64,000 nt of DNA, taken from NCBI RefSeq assembly GCF_009914755.1, contig NC_060938.1. One strand, written 5' to 3'. The notes beneath the pieces were generated by a model. That model saw only the letters and a program-made list of their open reading frames with translations, ran no database searches and was not told the DNA's origin. The position numbers were made by a program, and so were the translations under genes. Below are positions 1 to 14,166 of the stretch, piece after piece. The stretch's first letter is position 1. Every line of letters starts with the position of its first letter. The DNA comes from the human T2T-CHM13v2.0 reference genome, Homo sapiens.

Positions 1-55
1 ACTACTTGCAGTCTGTCCTGCAAATGCATGGTTCAGCGGTCCACCAGAGATTTGA

Positions 56-608
<553 letters not shown>

Positions 609-959
609 CATAGTTGTCTTTTACATTGTATTCTGTTTTACCAAAAAAGTGCCCCCATAGCTTACCATGCAGGGAACTCTGATGCTTCCCTTTCCATTTG
701 AAAGTCATAAATACATACTTCTAGATTCACTCCATCAGCCATCAAAGAGCCTATCCAAAATTATTTTTTTCTAGCCAATTCAGAGACTTCTACATTCATT
801 TTCTCATTTGTCCATTTACTCATTCTGTGATAGAAAAGCAGAAATGTGGTTTGTAAAATCCCAGCCCCAGCATCATATAGAATGCATTTGGAGCTGAGGG
901 ACAACACTTGGGTGAATTGCTTCCCCTCTCTGAGTCTGTTTCCTCTTTTATAAAAAGTT

Positions 960-1380
960 GGATGTTCAATTAAGCATTATATACAACAGCAAAAGAAAAA
1001 ATGAAAATGACTTTAAGCAACCTAACTGGTAAAAATAATTATAGTCAAACTATATCATAGAATATAGCATATTTGTTAAGAATGATTTGGATGAAGATGA
1101 TGTGGGAAATGTTTTAAATTATATGGTGTTAATATAATAAAATTATAATAAAACAAGTTATAAACAAGTAAATATAACATAGGATCCCAGTTTTGTTTAA
1201 AAATATACATAATATCCTTTGAAAAAAGACTAAAAAGATATATGACCAAATGTTTACAACTGATATGTTTTCTAGGTAGGATTATAGGTGATTTCTAGTT
1301 TTTTCTTTATTTTCCAATTTTTCTAAAATTAATATATCTTAGGTTTGTTTCAAGTAAAAAGCTTTTAAAATTTTTTAAAT
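960..1380 (+). mobile_element. Old L1M 3'-end fragment
   Basis: AT-rich degraded sequence resembling L1MC/ME 3' UTR (aaagatatatgaccaaatgtttaca..ggattataggtgatttc). Confidence 0.45.
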
Positions 1381-1429
1381 TAAAGGGGTAGGCTTATCAC
1401 CAAAGTCTCTTGCAGCCAGAACATTCTGT

Positions 1430-1560
1430 GACTCATTGATTTATTCAGATGTATGTATTGAGCACCTACTGTATACCAGCCACTCTGCCAGGTACTGGGG
1501 AGAAGTTAAAGATGATTAAGATATTATACCATGCAGCTTACAGTCTAGAGGGGAATCGAA
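1430..1560 (-). mobile_element. L2 3' fragment
   Basis: tattgagcacctactgtataccagccactctgccaggtactgggg is the typical L2 3'-end signature. Confidence 0.6.
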
Positions 1561-2949
1561 CACATCTCATTCATTTTTAAAGCCCCAGTATTTGGCTCAG
1601 TGCCCCAAACACAGCAGTTGCCCATTTGATGTTTGTCGAACAAATGTTTATTATAATCACCTATCTGAAAATCAAAGCAGAATATCTACCTGAGACAAGG
1701 AGATACAAGGGGTATATATGGGGGTGCCGTGGAGGTAACCAGAGGGAATAAGGGCTGCAAGGGGAGGGGCATGTAGACCAGAATGTGAGATGTAAGTGGA
1801 AGGTCCAACTTGCCTGTGTGTGTTGGGTGTAGACAGGAATGGAGAGACCCACCCCCTTGCTAGGATGTTCTTCGATGGTCCCCAAGAACACCTAAGGTGA
1901 TCAGAGGTTCCCTGCATTCCTAGGGGAGGTCAAGGAACCAGGTCCCTCCCTCTGCAGGTAATCCCTCAAGCCAGCATCCTTCACTTGCACGAAGGAAATG
2001 CATGTCTCCTGATATATTTCCATCTGAGTGAGAGGCAAATGGACAAAAGCAGGTTGGCCGCTGCGCAGAAGATTCCCACATCTAAGCCACGGACCCTCCT
2101 TTGCCCCAGCTCCTCTGTGTGGTGCCTGGTGAGGCTTCAGGTGGCTGCCACTGAAGGGAGGAGAAGACGAACACCCCTTAATTAACAACCTGAGCCAAAT
2201 TGGAAACAGCTGTGAATAATTAGACAATTTAAGTGCTGTGAAGGAGGAATAATTTCTGTAGCCTTCATAATAAATCTTATGCTGTCTCAGTCCCTAGGTT
2301 GGACTTGAACTTTTTTTTTTTTTTCCAGGGGTGAGTTAGCACATTACTCATAAAAGAAACAGTATCCCTTTTGTTTTGGCTGGGTCTGTTTAGTAACAAA
2401 AGAGCCTATTGCAATTATGGGGGCAGCACCGTGACAAAGTGAGTGCCCCCATCTGACCGGGCTTGCAAACTTTGTGGAGAGGAGGGTGGCAGCTCCCTGA
2501 CCCCCTGCCCTGTCCAGTGTGCCTTGATTTCCACTCTAGATGATCTTTGCTTTTAATTGGCTTCAGATTTTGGAGATCTTGGTGGAAAAGATACAGTGCC
2601 CAAATGTGTTCATGTCAAAGAAGGACCTCGAGTCCCTGCAGGGTTGAACTTTTACAGGATGCTAAGCCACACTTCTGAGAAAGAGAGAGAGAAAAAAAAA
2701 AAACCAATGCTTAGAATTAAAGAGTAGGAAGAGAATCAAGAGGCCTCTAGATCAACCCCCCCATTTTAGAGAGGAGAATCAAGACCACAGGGAGGAATTG
2801 ATGTGGCTGAAGCCACCGCTGAATTTGTAGCAGAATCATATCTAAAATTTGACCGCCCACTTTGGATACTGCATAGCAGTTTTCACAGATTAAATAATCA
2901 AAATCACTTGAAGCTCCCTTAAAAGGTTATAAAGCAGCTATTTGAGCAT

Positions 2950-3130
2950 ACCACAAGGATTAAGAGTGTGAGCTCTGGGGCCAGTCCTGGTTTCTAACCC
3001 TGGCTGTGCCCCTTCCTAACTGTGATTCTGGATAAGTCATTTTACCTGTCTACATTTGGTTTACTCATCTGTGAAACAGGTACAAAATGGCTTCTAAGAT
3101 TTGTCATGAGGATTGATGAAATAATGCATA
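2950..3130 (+). mobile_element. MIR SINE
   Basis: MIR core: gctgtgcc..ctgtgattctggataagtcatttacc..ctcatctgtgaaacagg..gaggattgatgaaataatgcat. Confidence 0.7.
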
Positions 3131-3216
3131 TTATAATTTCATTAAATATAGCTGCACACATGCAGCTGAGCATGGCTAGGGAAAAGCACATAGCCATGCT
3201 GGCTGGGCTTTTCTTG

Positions 3217-3579
3217 TGTATTAGCCCATTTTCACACTGCTGATAAAGACATACCCAAGACTGGGCAATTTAAAAAAGAGAGAGGTTTATTGGACTTACA
3301 GTTCCACATGGCTAGGGAGGCCTCACATCATGGTAGAAGGCAAGGAGGAGCAAGTCTCATCATATGTGGATGGCAGCAGGCAAAGAGCTTGTGCAGAAAA
3401 ACTCCCATTTTGAAAACCATCAGACCTTGTGAGACTCATTCACTATCACAAGAACAGCCTAGGGAAGACCCGCCCCATAATTCAATCACCTCCCACCAGG
3501 TTTCTACCATTACACGTGGAAATTGTGGGAGTTACTATTCAAGATGGGATTTGGGTGGGGACACAGCTAAACTATATCA
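3217..3579 (-). mobile_element. THE1B-type solo LTR (ERVL-MaLR)
   Basis: Runs tgtattagcccattttcacactgctgataaagacatacc to gatttgggtggggacacagctaaactatatca, with TG..CA termini and a 4/5 TSD (tcttg/ccttg). Confidence 0.92.
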
Positions 3580-4626
3580 CCTTGAATTCATGACCCTAAC
3601 CCTCAGCTGAGCTCTTGGAGTTCTCAGCAATTCTTTTCCATTTTCCTAATCAATCCTCTGGCAGAAGATCATCACATGTCTTCCTTTTTCTCAAATTGCC
3701 AACACCCTCTCCTCCTTGCTTGCTCTCAGCTAATGACTTTACATCTATTTTATTACACTAGAATGAATTTGAAGCAATCAGAAGATAATTTTCAAATGGC
3801 CCTCCATGAAATTCACCAACTTACCTATACTCTGCTTCTCCTCTTGTTGAAACATATGAATTCCAATACTCTTAGCTAAGCCATTTCTTACCTTATACTG
3901 GATCAAAGTTCAGAGAAGCTAAGTTATTTCCCCAAGGTTAAAAGCAAGTAACTAGTAGAACGAACATTTTAATCCCAATCCTATTAGAAAGTGAGCTCCG
4001 AGAGATCTTTTTCTCAGTACCCAGCAAAGAGCCTGGAATATGGCAGATGCTCAGTAAGTGTTGGTGATGAATGAATGAACAATCTAAGACCTCAGTGGGT
4101 TTCCCATGACACCACTGACTTATCAACTATCACTTCCCATCTCTCTGTCCTCTCAAGAGCAGAGGTCTCAGAACTGTGTAAAGAGGTAGTAGAATGGAGG
4201 CTCTTGCTAAATCCACTAGCAGAAAAATGGTGAGGGAGCTTGCCACATGTTCACAGCCCTCGGTAGAAGAAAAAAAAAAAAACCTTCTAGAAATTGCCAA
4301 CCTGAGCCAAATTTTCTTCCTCCTAAGACATTTGAACCCTAAACTGACACATTAACATTAAGACTAGCCTGGGACAAGTGAAACTTGCCAAGATCATTCT
4401 GTAGAGACAATTTTATAACACAAAGTGCATGGAATTCCCATAGGAAACAATTTCTATGAGAGATGTTGCAATCTAAAATTACAAACCACAAATGAATGAA
4501 CAAATGAATCACCTTGAGGGTAAACAAGAGAACTGGTATCCCAAGAACCAGAGAGAATACTCTGAAAGCAACTATATTAAAATACCATCCTGTATCATAA
4601 GTATGATAAGTATACTATGTCATTTA

Positions 4627-5058
<432 letters not shown>

Positions 5059-6254
5059 ACCAGTGGGATTAAAGGCCCAACAAGCCACAGATCACTGGAC
5101 CTAGAAAAAACACTTACTCCACCCAATTTCAGTCATTAGCATGCCACCTTTACAATTTTTGCAACATCCATTAATAATTTATATTATTTACCTATTTTTT
5201 AATTTGTTACCTCCCTTTAAAATTTTTTATTAACTTTATTTAAAGGGAAATCACAATGATGCAGTAATCTCCACAAAATCATGGGTTTGATGTACTATTT
5301 ATGTTGTTTTATTAAACATTAAAATAAATATATAATCGTGATAATTAACGAAATACTTGTCTATGTACTAAAAATTATCTCACACACCACCAGTGGCACA
5401 TCAACCAAACTTAAGGAAATGCTAGCCTATGGCAAACCCCTTGTGTCAAAAATAGGAAAGTGAAACTCTGCCACAGGTCATAGAGCAAGTTCAAGACCGG
5501 GCCAAGACTTGAACCCAAACACCTGCCTCTCAGTCAGGGGATTGAGTCCTGTGTTCTGCGTCATGGTGTCATTCATATTTTTTCTCACATAATTTTTAAG
5601 CCTGTTTGCAAAAGTCAGAAATTCTTTATACCTTTTCCAAAATAAATATATAAATGGTCTTAAAAAGAGGGGCAGTTATTTCCACTAGACATTTATTACT
5701 CCTCTGTAAATTAAACCCATATTCATGCATGCTAATGAGCTGGGAAGTGGGCAATAATCCTTCCCAATGAAAGGGGAAGCAAGTCTGGGGGGAAGGCATT
5801 AGAGTCATAATATTGCTGAAGTCACAGTTAATTGAGGATCTCAAAGGGTTTCATTAATGTGAAGTCATTCATAACACCTTGAAAGAAATCAAAGAGAGCA
5901 AAATTTCCTTTACCACTAAAATATTCGTAATGTATGAGTGAGCTGGAGCCTGACTGCTTTGAACAATTGCATAGCAAAGGAGATGTTCAGGGAATTTTCT
6001 TATTAAGCTCAGATTACAACCAACTTTCGGTTATCTCTGAGAGCAAAATTTCCAGCCCCATCCACACACTTCACTTCCATTCCTCCATTGCCACCACTGC
6101 TTGCTGCAGGAAATTTCCAAATAAAACATCTCAAGTGAACTATTCCAACCCTGTAGTTATTCAAGGCCCCTCTCAATTAGGTCTCACTGGCCTTTCTGGG
6201 CCAATGTCCCACCACTTCCTCCAACACCCACACTGGACTTTCACTTATGCTTGT

Positions 6255-6580
6255 ATGGGTCCTACAGGTTCCAATTGCCATAAATACATCTCCAAATTGC
6301 AAGGATATAGCACAAGAGAATTTTACTTCTCACTTCTTTAATAGTTCAATGTGAGTGTTTCAGTTTGCTGAGAAGCTTTCCTCCATGTGATGATCCAGGG
6401 ATCTAGGTCCTTTCCTGCTTTGAGGCTCTATCATCCCTGGGAACTCAGAATTTTCTGTATCCAGCCAGCAGACAGGGAAAGAGTTCCAGGACATGGTAGA
6501 CTTATTTCTTAATCAGGTCAACCCAGGGGTGGCAGACTTCTCTTGTGCTTACATGTCACTGTCATTTTGACCCTCCAGAT
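6255..6580 (-). mobile_element. Old MLT1 (J/K/L-like) LTR remnant
   Basis: ttttacttctcac..ttcctccatgtgatgatccagggatctaggtcctttcc resembles the copy at 27285-27680. Confidence 0.45.
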
Positions 6581-7519
6581 GGAAGGAAGAGGGTCCTCCT
6601 TCCTCTTTCTCCTGCTGTACCTTCTTCACCACTTGAACTCCTATTCATCCTTCAAGGCCCTATTTATCTTCCAAATACCTTCTACTCTGCAAAGCTGTCA
6701 CTGTGTCCTTGGCAGGATTAACCAACCTCTCTTTCTTGTTTCCACAGTATTCTGAACATATCTCTACAGGACACACATTAAGTATTCAAATATTTGCGTG
6801 TCCTGACACCTGAGCCCAGCTAGGTCTGTGTCTTCTTCATCTTGTGTCACTAACAACACCTGGCCTCATTTCCATTAGAGGGCAGTAGGCATGGTTATTG
6901 AATCAAACCACTATACGCTCATAAAATTCACTAATAAGCAGCATTTAGTAAGTTGTTAGTATGCTCCCAGAACACACATCTCAGTCTCCACAGTTCAAGT
7001 CTCAGATGCGGAGACCTCCACATAGGTCTCCTCGCTCTAGCCACCAGTGTTGAAGCCTTGCTTGTCCTGTCTCCATCCCCACCATGGACAGAAGTCAGCT
7101 GGATGGGTGTCCTGTGGAGAAAGTGTCCACTTTCTCCAAAAGTGGTGCCTACTTCACAACTTTTCAGATCCTGTGTTGATGATTGTTAGGACTATAATAA
7201 AAAAATAGCCAGGAGGTCCCATGAAAACAAGACTATGAGACACCTACAGAAAGTCATCAGCAATCTTGCTCCTTTGCTAGACTGTTTCCCAAAAGACAGA
7301 AGCACAGGCTTGATGCATGGTGTTGCCACTGGGACCCCAACCACCCAGTTCACTCCCACTGCAGACAGTAGGCTTGCTTTCTCTCCTTCCCATCTCCATT
7401 CACACATCCCAGGAGAACAAGGGATCAGGAACTGCCCCTCACTCCAGAGCCCATCTCCAAGGGGAAGCTTTGTGGTTATTACCAGGCAGCAAAGCCTTGT
7501 GGTCCTGTATGTGGGATCT

Positions 7520-7700
7520 GGGCCAGACCTCCTGGATTAGAATCCTGTCTGCCTCAGAGGAGTTTCTGGATCTCAGAGAGGCAAGGATTCCTCATTTGTA
7601 AAATAGGATAATAGTATACCTCCTTCCCAAGTTGTTGTAAGAATTAAATAAGGCTACATATAAAAAGTATTTAACTGGTGCCTGCAGTGCCTGACACACG
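7520..7700 (+). mobile_element. MIR SINE
   Basis: cctcatttgtaaaataggataatagtatacctcc..gttgttgtaagaattaaataagg..gtgcctgacac. Confidence 0.7.
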
Positions 7701-8247
7701 GAAGCAGGGGATGCCTAGAAGGACCAATCCAGGTGTTCTCTCTTTGTGGATTGCCCTTGCCCTCTTCTTTCTCACTTGTGCCCAAGGGCAAGTTTATCTG
7801 CCCCACCCACATCAAACCAGACACCAAGGTTCAGAGACCTCCAGCCGGGATGCCAGCTGAAGTTTCCCTGAGGCACCACCTTGGCAGGGGAGTGCGGGAA
7901 GGTACTTTCTTTTCTCAGAGACCGGAAGCAACTGGACCCTGCGGGGACAGGAGTCAAGGGAGAGAGTGGACATCTTCCGCTGCCAAGGATCGGGGATCAA
8001 AGGGGAAGGGGGTCGGAGAACATTCCTGCCTCCCACTGTTGGTAACTCCCTGGAAGGGGGACAGAGATGCCCGGGGCAGGGTCCCCCAGAGCAGGGAAGC
8101 AACTGGAACCATATTAGCTATGTGTATTACTATCGTTAGTAATAAATAGCCTGGCCCGCTACAGAGACCTGAAAGAATTTGAAGACACTCAGAATAGCAA
8201 AAACCCTTAGAGAGGGGTGGAGGAGCAGTTAGGTGGGTTCCTCAGAA

Positions 8248-8850
<603 letters not shown>

Positions 8851-9369
8851 GAATTAAAAAAAATCTCCCCCACCCTCTAAGGGCTGAGAACGACTCACTG
8901 TGTTGCAGGCAGTCAACAAATGCCTCCTGGGCTTTCTCTGCCCAAAGACATTTCTTCCAAAAACCTTTCCTTCTTCAGATTCTGTTACTAATTCTACAAT
9001 ACAGCATTTGGGAGTAGGTGGTAGTTTTTTTTCTCACAACCCCTAGAATCTACAGAAGTATTGGTTTCACTGGAATTATACCAGTGCTTCCGGGTAATTC
9101 TTTGATGATAGGCTTGTCCAGATCCACAATGGGAATACCTGTGTGGCGAGGGAGGGTAGAAAACAAAACCCCGGGGCTGCCTGCAGTACTGGAGCCGGGG
9201 AAACATGCCAGGTGTGGCTGGTGGGACCATCACAGCCCCTTATCCTTCAAGAGAAGGGGAGGGTGAGCCCTCACCCGCAATGAGGCAGTGGAATTTCAGA
9301 AGCGAACTTCTCAACATCAAGCAGCAGATTTGGGGGCAGCAGAGGAGACAGGGCAGGGACTCTGTGGCC

Positions 9370-9810
9370 GTGGGTTCATTTCTCAGGACTGCCGTAACAC
9401 ATTACCACAAACTTGGCATCTTCAAACAACAGACATCTATCCTCTCACCGCTCTGGAGGCCAGAAGTCTAACATCAAGGTGTTGCCTGGCCGAATTCCCT
9501 CTGACGGTGCTCGGGGAGGGCCCAGCCTCTCGTGTTCCTAGGCGCTCCTGGCTTGTGGCTGCATCACTCCAATCTCTGCTTCCATCCTCACATGGGCTTG
9601 TCCTCGGTGTCTGTGTCTTCTCCCCTGTCTCTTATAAGAAAACTTGTCATTGGGTTTAGAATCTTCTGGTTAATCCTGAATAATCCCATCTCAAGATCCT
9701 TCATTACATCACATCTGCAAAGACCCCCTTTTTTTCATATAGGGTCCCAAACACAGGGTCCAGAGGTTAGAATGCGAATAGATATGGGGGCGTGCAAGTT
9801 AACCTGATAC
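9370..9810 (-). mobile_element. MLT1B-like solo LTR (ERVL-MaLR)
   Basis: ggactgccgtaacacattaccacaaacttgg..ctggaggccagaagtc..ggctgcatcactccaatctctgc..acatctgcaaagaccc. Confidence 0.82.
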
Positions 9811-9962
9811 AGCCTCTATCTGCAAAGATATGCAGTCTGCAAAGAAATGTTTGAATCCATGTTGCCTGTGTTCTTTCTCTCTGCCAGCTATGTTGCAGGT
9901 TTCAGAATCAGTAACATCCTAGTTTTAGCAGTGGACAGAAATAAAGAGCTAGGAAAGAAGAA

Positions 9963-10388
<426 letters not shown>

Positions 10389-11559
10389 CTATAACTAAAT
10401 CCCAGAGTCCTGGGTGGCCAACTGATATGAAAGACATGATCTTCTACTGAGTAAGGACCATGTTGCCTTTGACCTTGCTGTCCTCTCCCTGCTCTGCCCT
10501 CTCCACTGCTGTCTAACCAGCCACATTCTCGCTGTACTCAGGACTGAGCTCCAACACCACCTCCTCCAGGAAGCCCACCAGCTCTTCAGCCCTTCCCCTG
10601 GGCTGAGCTGGTGATTCTCTCCCCTGACCCCCAGGGTTCTTGATTTGGAGAAGGAAGTAGGAGGGGGCCCTCAGAAAAGCAAGGGGTCAGGAAATTGGAC
10701 TCTGCTAAAAGGCTGAAGATGAAACTTGCCAAGTCACTGTATAGAAATGTTTCATGAAATGTTTCCAGATTATCTAAGCAAAAGAGAGACGCTCCCTTCT
10801 ATGCTTTCTTCTAGTAGCATTCAGTCAATTTGATTGGCTTTATCTGGGAAAAAAAAAAGTCATGGAAAATACTAATTTCCCACTCTACTGAGTTGTTTGC
10901 TTGTTTTTTTCAAATAAGAAAATAATGTCTCACAAAATCTGGCATGCAGCCATGTAAATTAGTGACTAAAGCCAGGACAATACCATTTTTACAAATGCTC
11001 AGGTCACAGGCTCTTACGACATTTGGGGCCACCCCAAGCTGGGCAGAAATGCCCAGGCCAATCCCCGGCAGAGCTCGGCGTCAGGCTGGAGCTGGGCAGG
11101 GCGTGTCCTCAGCACACGGTGCAGTGGCTCCCGAAGACTCTGCAGCCAGGGGTGTCAGCAGCCTGCCCTCCCCACAGCTATTCTCCGTTGAAGGGAGGTC
11201 TGAGCGGCCACCCCAAGGCTGCCACCCTTGTCATGTAAATGGGGATTGGGAAATGGGATTCCACCAGCGAGACCTGGGAAGGCAGGAAAAAGCATAAGTC
11301 AAAGCTTGTGAGGGTAAATGTGCAAGGCAATGTGCAAATGTTCATTTGGGGGGATCCGCTCAGGATGGTTTCAGGGGACACAAGGGAGGGGTGTTTTGAG
11401 GCTACACCACAGCGCTTGGATTTTATGCTAAGGACAATGAGGAGCCGACCAAGGTTCTGAGCATCACAGTGACATAATCAGATGGAGGCTTTGGGAAGAC
11501 AATGTCACTCATGATGCAGAAGCAGTGAATATTAATACATTGTATTTTGTAAACAGAAA

Positions 11560-12110
11560 ATTTGGGTAAAAACAAAAATTTTTCATTAAAAAACATGAAT
11601 AACATCCAAAGACAAACTACAAAGAGGGAAAAACTATTTGCAACTCACATCACAGAGAAGGGGTTGCATTCCTTCATTTCCAAAGGGCTCCTGAAAATCC
11701 ATAGGTAAAAGACCAAATTCTGAATAGAAAATTGAACAAAGGAGGTGAACAAATAGTTCACACAAAAAGAAATATAAGATGGCTTTTAAACATATATCAA
11801 AAGATGCACAAACTCACTCTTGATAAAAGAAATGCAAATAAAAGTACAATGAGATACTATTTTACCTACTAAATTTACAAAGATTAAAAAACATATTTTA
11901 ACCTATGCTGGTTGTAGGGGAGCACTAATCTCTAGCTTTGTGAAGAACGGTTCATCAATATGCGTTCAAAGTCAAATGCATGTTCTCTTGACCCACCAAC
12001 TTGCTTCTAGGAATCTGTCCTGTAGCTACACAAGAACCTGGGTTTTCATTTGTAATAGGAAAAGACTGGAAGCAATGGAGAACTCCATTAACAATTGGGT
12101 GGTGGTAAGA
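11560..12110 (+). mobile_element. Old L1M ORF2-end/3' fragment (resumes ~13200-13560)
   Basis: aaaactatttgcaactcac..aaagaaatgcaaataaaagtacaatgagatactatttt..gcttctaggaatctgtcc. Confidence 0.7.
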
Positions 12111-12114
12111 ACAA

Positions 12115-12952
12115 TGTTATGGGTTGAGACTTGTCCCCAAAAAAGATGTGTTGAAGTCTGAATCCCCAGAACCTCAGAATGTGACCTCATTTGGAAATAG
12201 GGTCATTGCATATGTAACTGGTTAAGATGAGGTGGAGGAGGGTGGCCCTTAATTCAATATGACTGATGTTCTAGAGAGAATGCCTTGTGATGATGACAGG
12301 GAAACACAGGAGGAAGGTGGTCCTGTGACAACGGAGGCAGACATGGGAGTGGTGCAGCCACAAGCCAAAGAATATCAGGAATCTCTAACCACCAGCGGAA
12401 GCTAGGAGAGATGTGTGGAGCAGATTCTATCCAGAGTCTCAGAGGAAGCACGCTCCTGATCTTGAACTTCTGGCTTCCAGGGCAGAGAATTCTTTTTGTA
12501 AATTTCTATTGTGTAGGCCACTCACTTTGTGAGTGTATTAGTCCATTCTTGCATTGCTATAAAGAACTACCTGAGACTGGATAATTTATAAAGAAGAGGT
12601 TTAATTGACTCAGAATTGTACAGGGTGTGCAGGAAACATGGCTGGGGAGGCCTCGGGAAACTTACAATCACGGTGGAAGGCGAAGGGGAAGCAGGCAGGA
12701 CTTACATGGCCGGAGAAGGAGGAAGAGAGAGAGGGGGAAGGTGCGACACACTTTTAAACAACCAGGACTCGTGAGAACTCACTCACTATCACAAGAACAG
12801 CGAGTGGTAAATCCACCCTCATGATCCAATCACCTCCCACCAGGCCCGTCCTCCAGCACTGATGATCACAGGTCGACATGAGATTTGGGCGGGAACACAG
12901 ACCCAAACCATGTCGGGGGGCTTTGTTACGTCAGCCCTAGGAAACTAATACA
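12115..12952 (+). mobile_element. MLT1C-like solo LTR interrupted by an MSTA LTR
   Basis: Starts tgttatgggttg..cctcagaatgtgacctcatttggaaataggg; 3' end ctttgttacgtcagccctaggaaactaataca resumes at 12921. TSD aacaa/aacac. Confidence 0.85.
12534..12915 (-). mobile_element. MSTA-type solo LTR
   Basis: tgtattagtccattcttgcattgctataaagaactacctgagactgg..tgatccaatcacctcccaccagg..acacagacccaaaccatgtc. Confidence 0.9.
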
Positions 12953-12974
12953 AACACACCTTCTCGAGCTGCAG

Positions 12975-13190
12975 CACTACCTGGGTTAACGTCCCCCAGC
13001 TCTGCCACCCACTAGTTCTGGAGCCTTAGTTTCTTAATTTCTCTAAGCCTTCATTTTCTCATCTTTAAAACAGAAATAACAATACAACCCATCTCCTAGG
13101 TTGCATTTAGGTTAAATGAAGTAATACCTGAGAAGTTCTTAAAGAGAGGCTTGCACAAAGAATACAACCGTATCAGTGTCATTAAATATG
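12975..13190 (+). mobile_element. MIR SINE
   Basis: cccagctctgccacccactag..ctaagccttcattttctcatctttaaaacagaaataac..ggttaaatgaagtaat. Confidence 0.7.
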
Positions 13191-13804
13191 AACAGCTGCA
13201 TTTCAGAGTAAGATACAGTGCACGTGTACAGTAAAATGCTAAGCAGGCCTTAAAAGAATGCTTCAGATCTATGGGCACTGATATGGGATGATGTCTAAGC
13301 TATATTAAGGAAGAGAAAGCAAGAGGCAGGCCACCTTGCATAAGTTGCTCCCATTTGTGTAGGAAAAGACAAATACAGTGATCCTGTGTGATATGCAGAT
13401 TTTGGGGTTAACTGGTAACAGTGGGTGTCTCCAAGGGGCAGCGGTGGGCCATGGGGACAGAGGTGGGAGAGTGTCTAACTTTTCACACATTTATACTTTT
13501 GGAAGTTTTCATCTTGTACATGTATCACCTCTTCATAAATTAAACGAATCAAACATTTGAAAGAAAGACCCTGCTGGCACTCACAGGAAAGAAGGAACAG
13601 ATTGGTGGGGCTGGCTAGGATTCGGTGTCATTAGTCAACTGGGAGATGATTCAATCCTGACTCTGGGTGGTGGGTTCAGATGGAGAGGCAGGAATGTGGA
13701 GAGAGACTCAAAAGGTGCTGAGGGGATGGGCTCCCCGCAGAAGTGAGGGACAGGGAGAAGTCAGGGACCAGCCGGCGGATGGAAGAGCCACCTGCCAAGA
13801 TCAG

Positions 13805-14166
13805 TGTCTCGGGCTATATGGACTGCTGTCACAACAGACCATGTACTGGGTGGCTTACTAACCACAGAAATTTATTCTCACAGTTCTGGAGGTGGGGAAG
13901 TCCAAGATCAAGGTGCTGGCAGATTCGGTGTCTGATGAGGGTTTGTTTCCTCTTAGACCGCCATCTCCTCACTGTACCCTCACCCGATGGAGGGGTGAGA
14001 ACAAGCTTCTGGGGTCCCTTTTATAAGGGCACTAATCCCATCCATAAGGGATCTGCCCTTCTGAACTGGTCACCTCCCAAAGGCCCCACGTCCTAACACC
14101 ATCACCTCGGGGGTGAAGCTTTCAACATATAAGTTTTAGGGTGACACAAACGTTCAAACCATAGCA
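13805..14166 (-). mobile_element. MLT1A/MSTD-type solo LTR
   Basis: cagaaatttattctcacagttctggagg..gtccaagatcaaggtgctggcagattcggtgtctg..gacacaaacgttcaaaccatagca. Confidence 0.87.

Noticed and set aside
5120-5430. Possible hAT-Charlie remnant
   Set aside because: Only a vague terminal resemblance; the family cannot be supported without a Dfam search.
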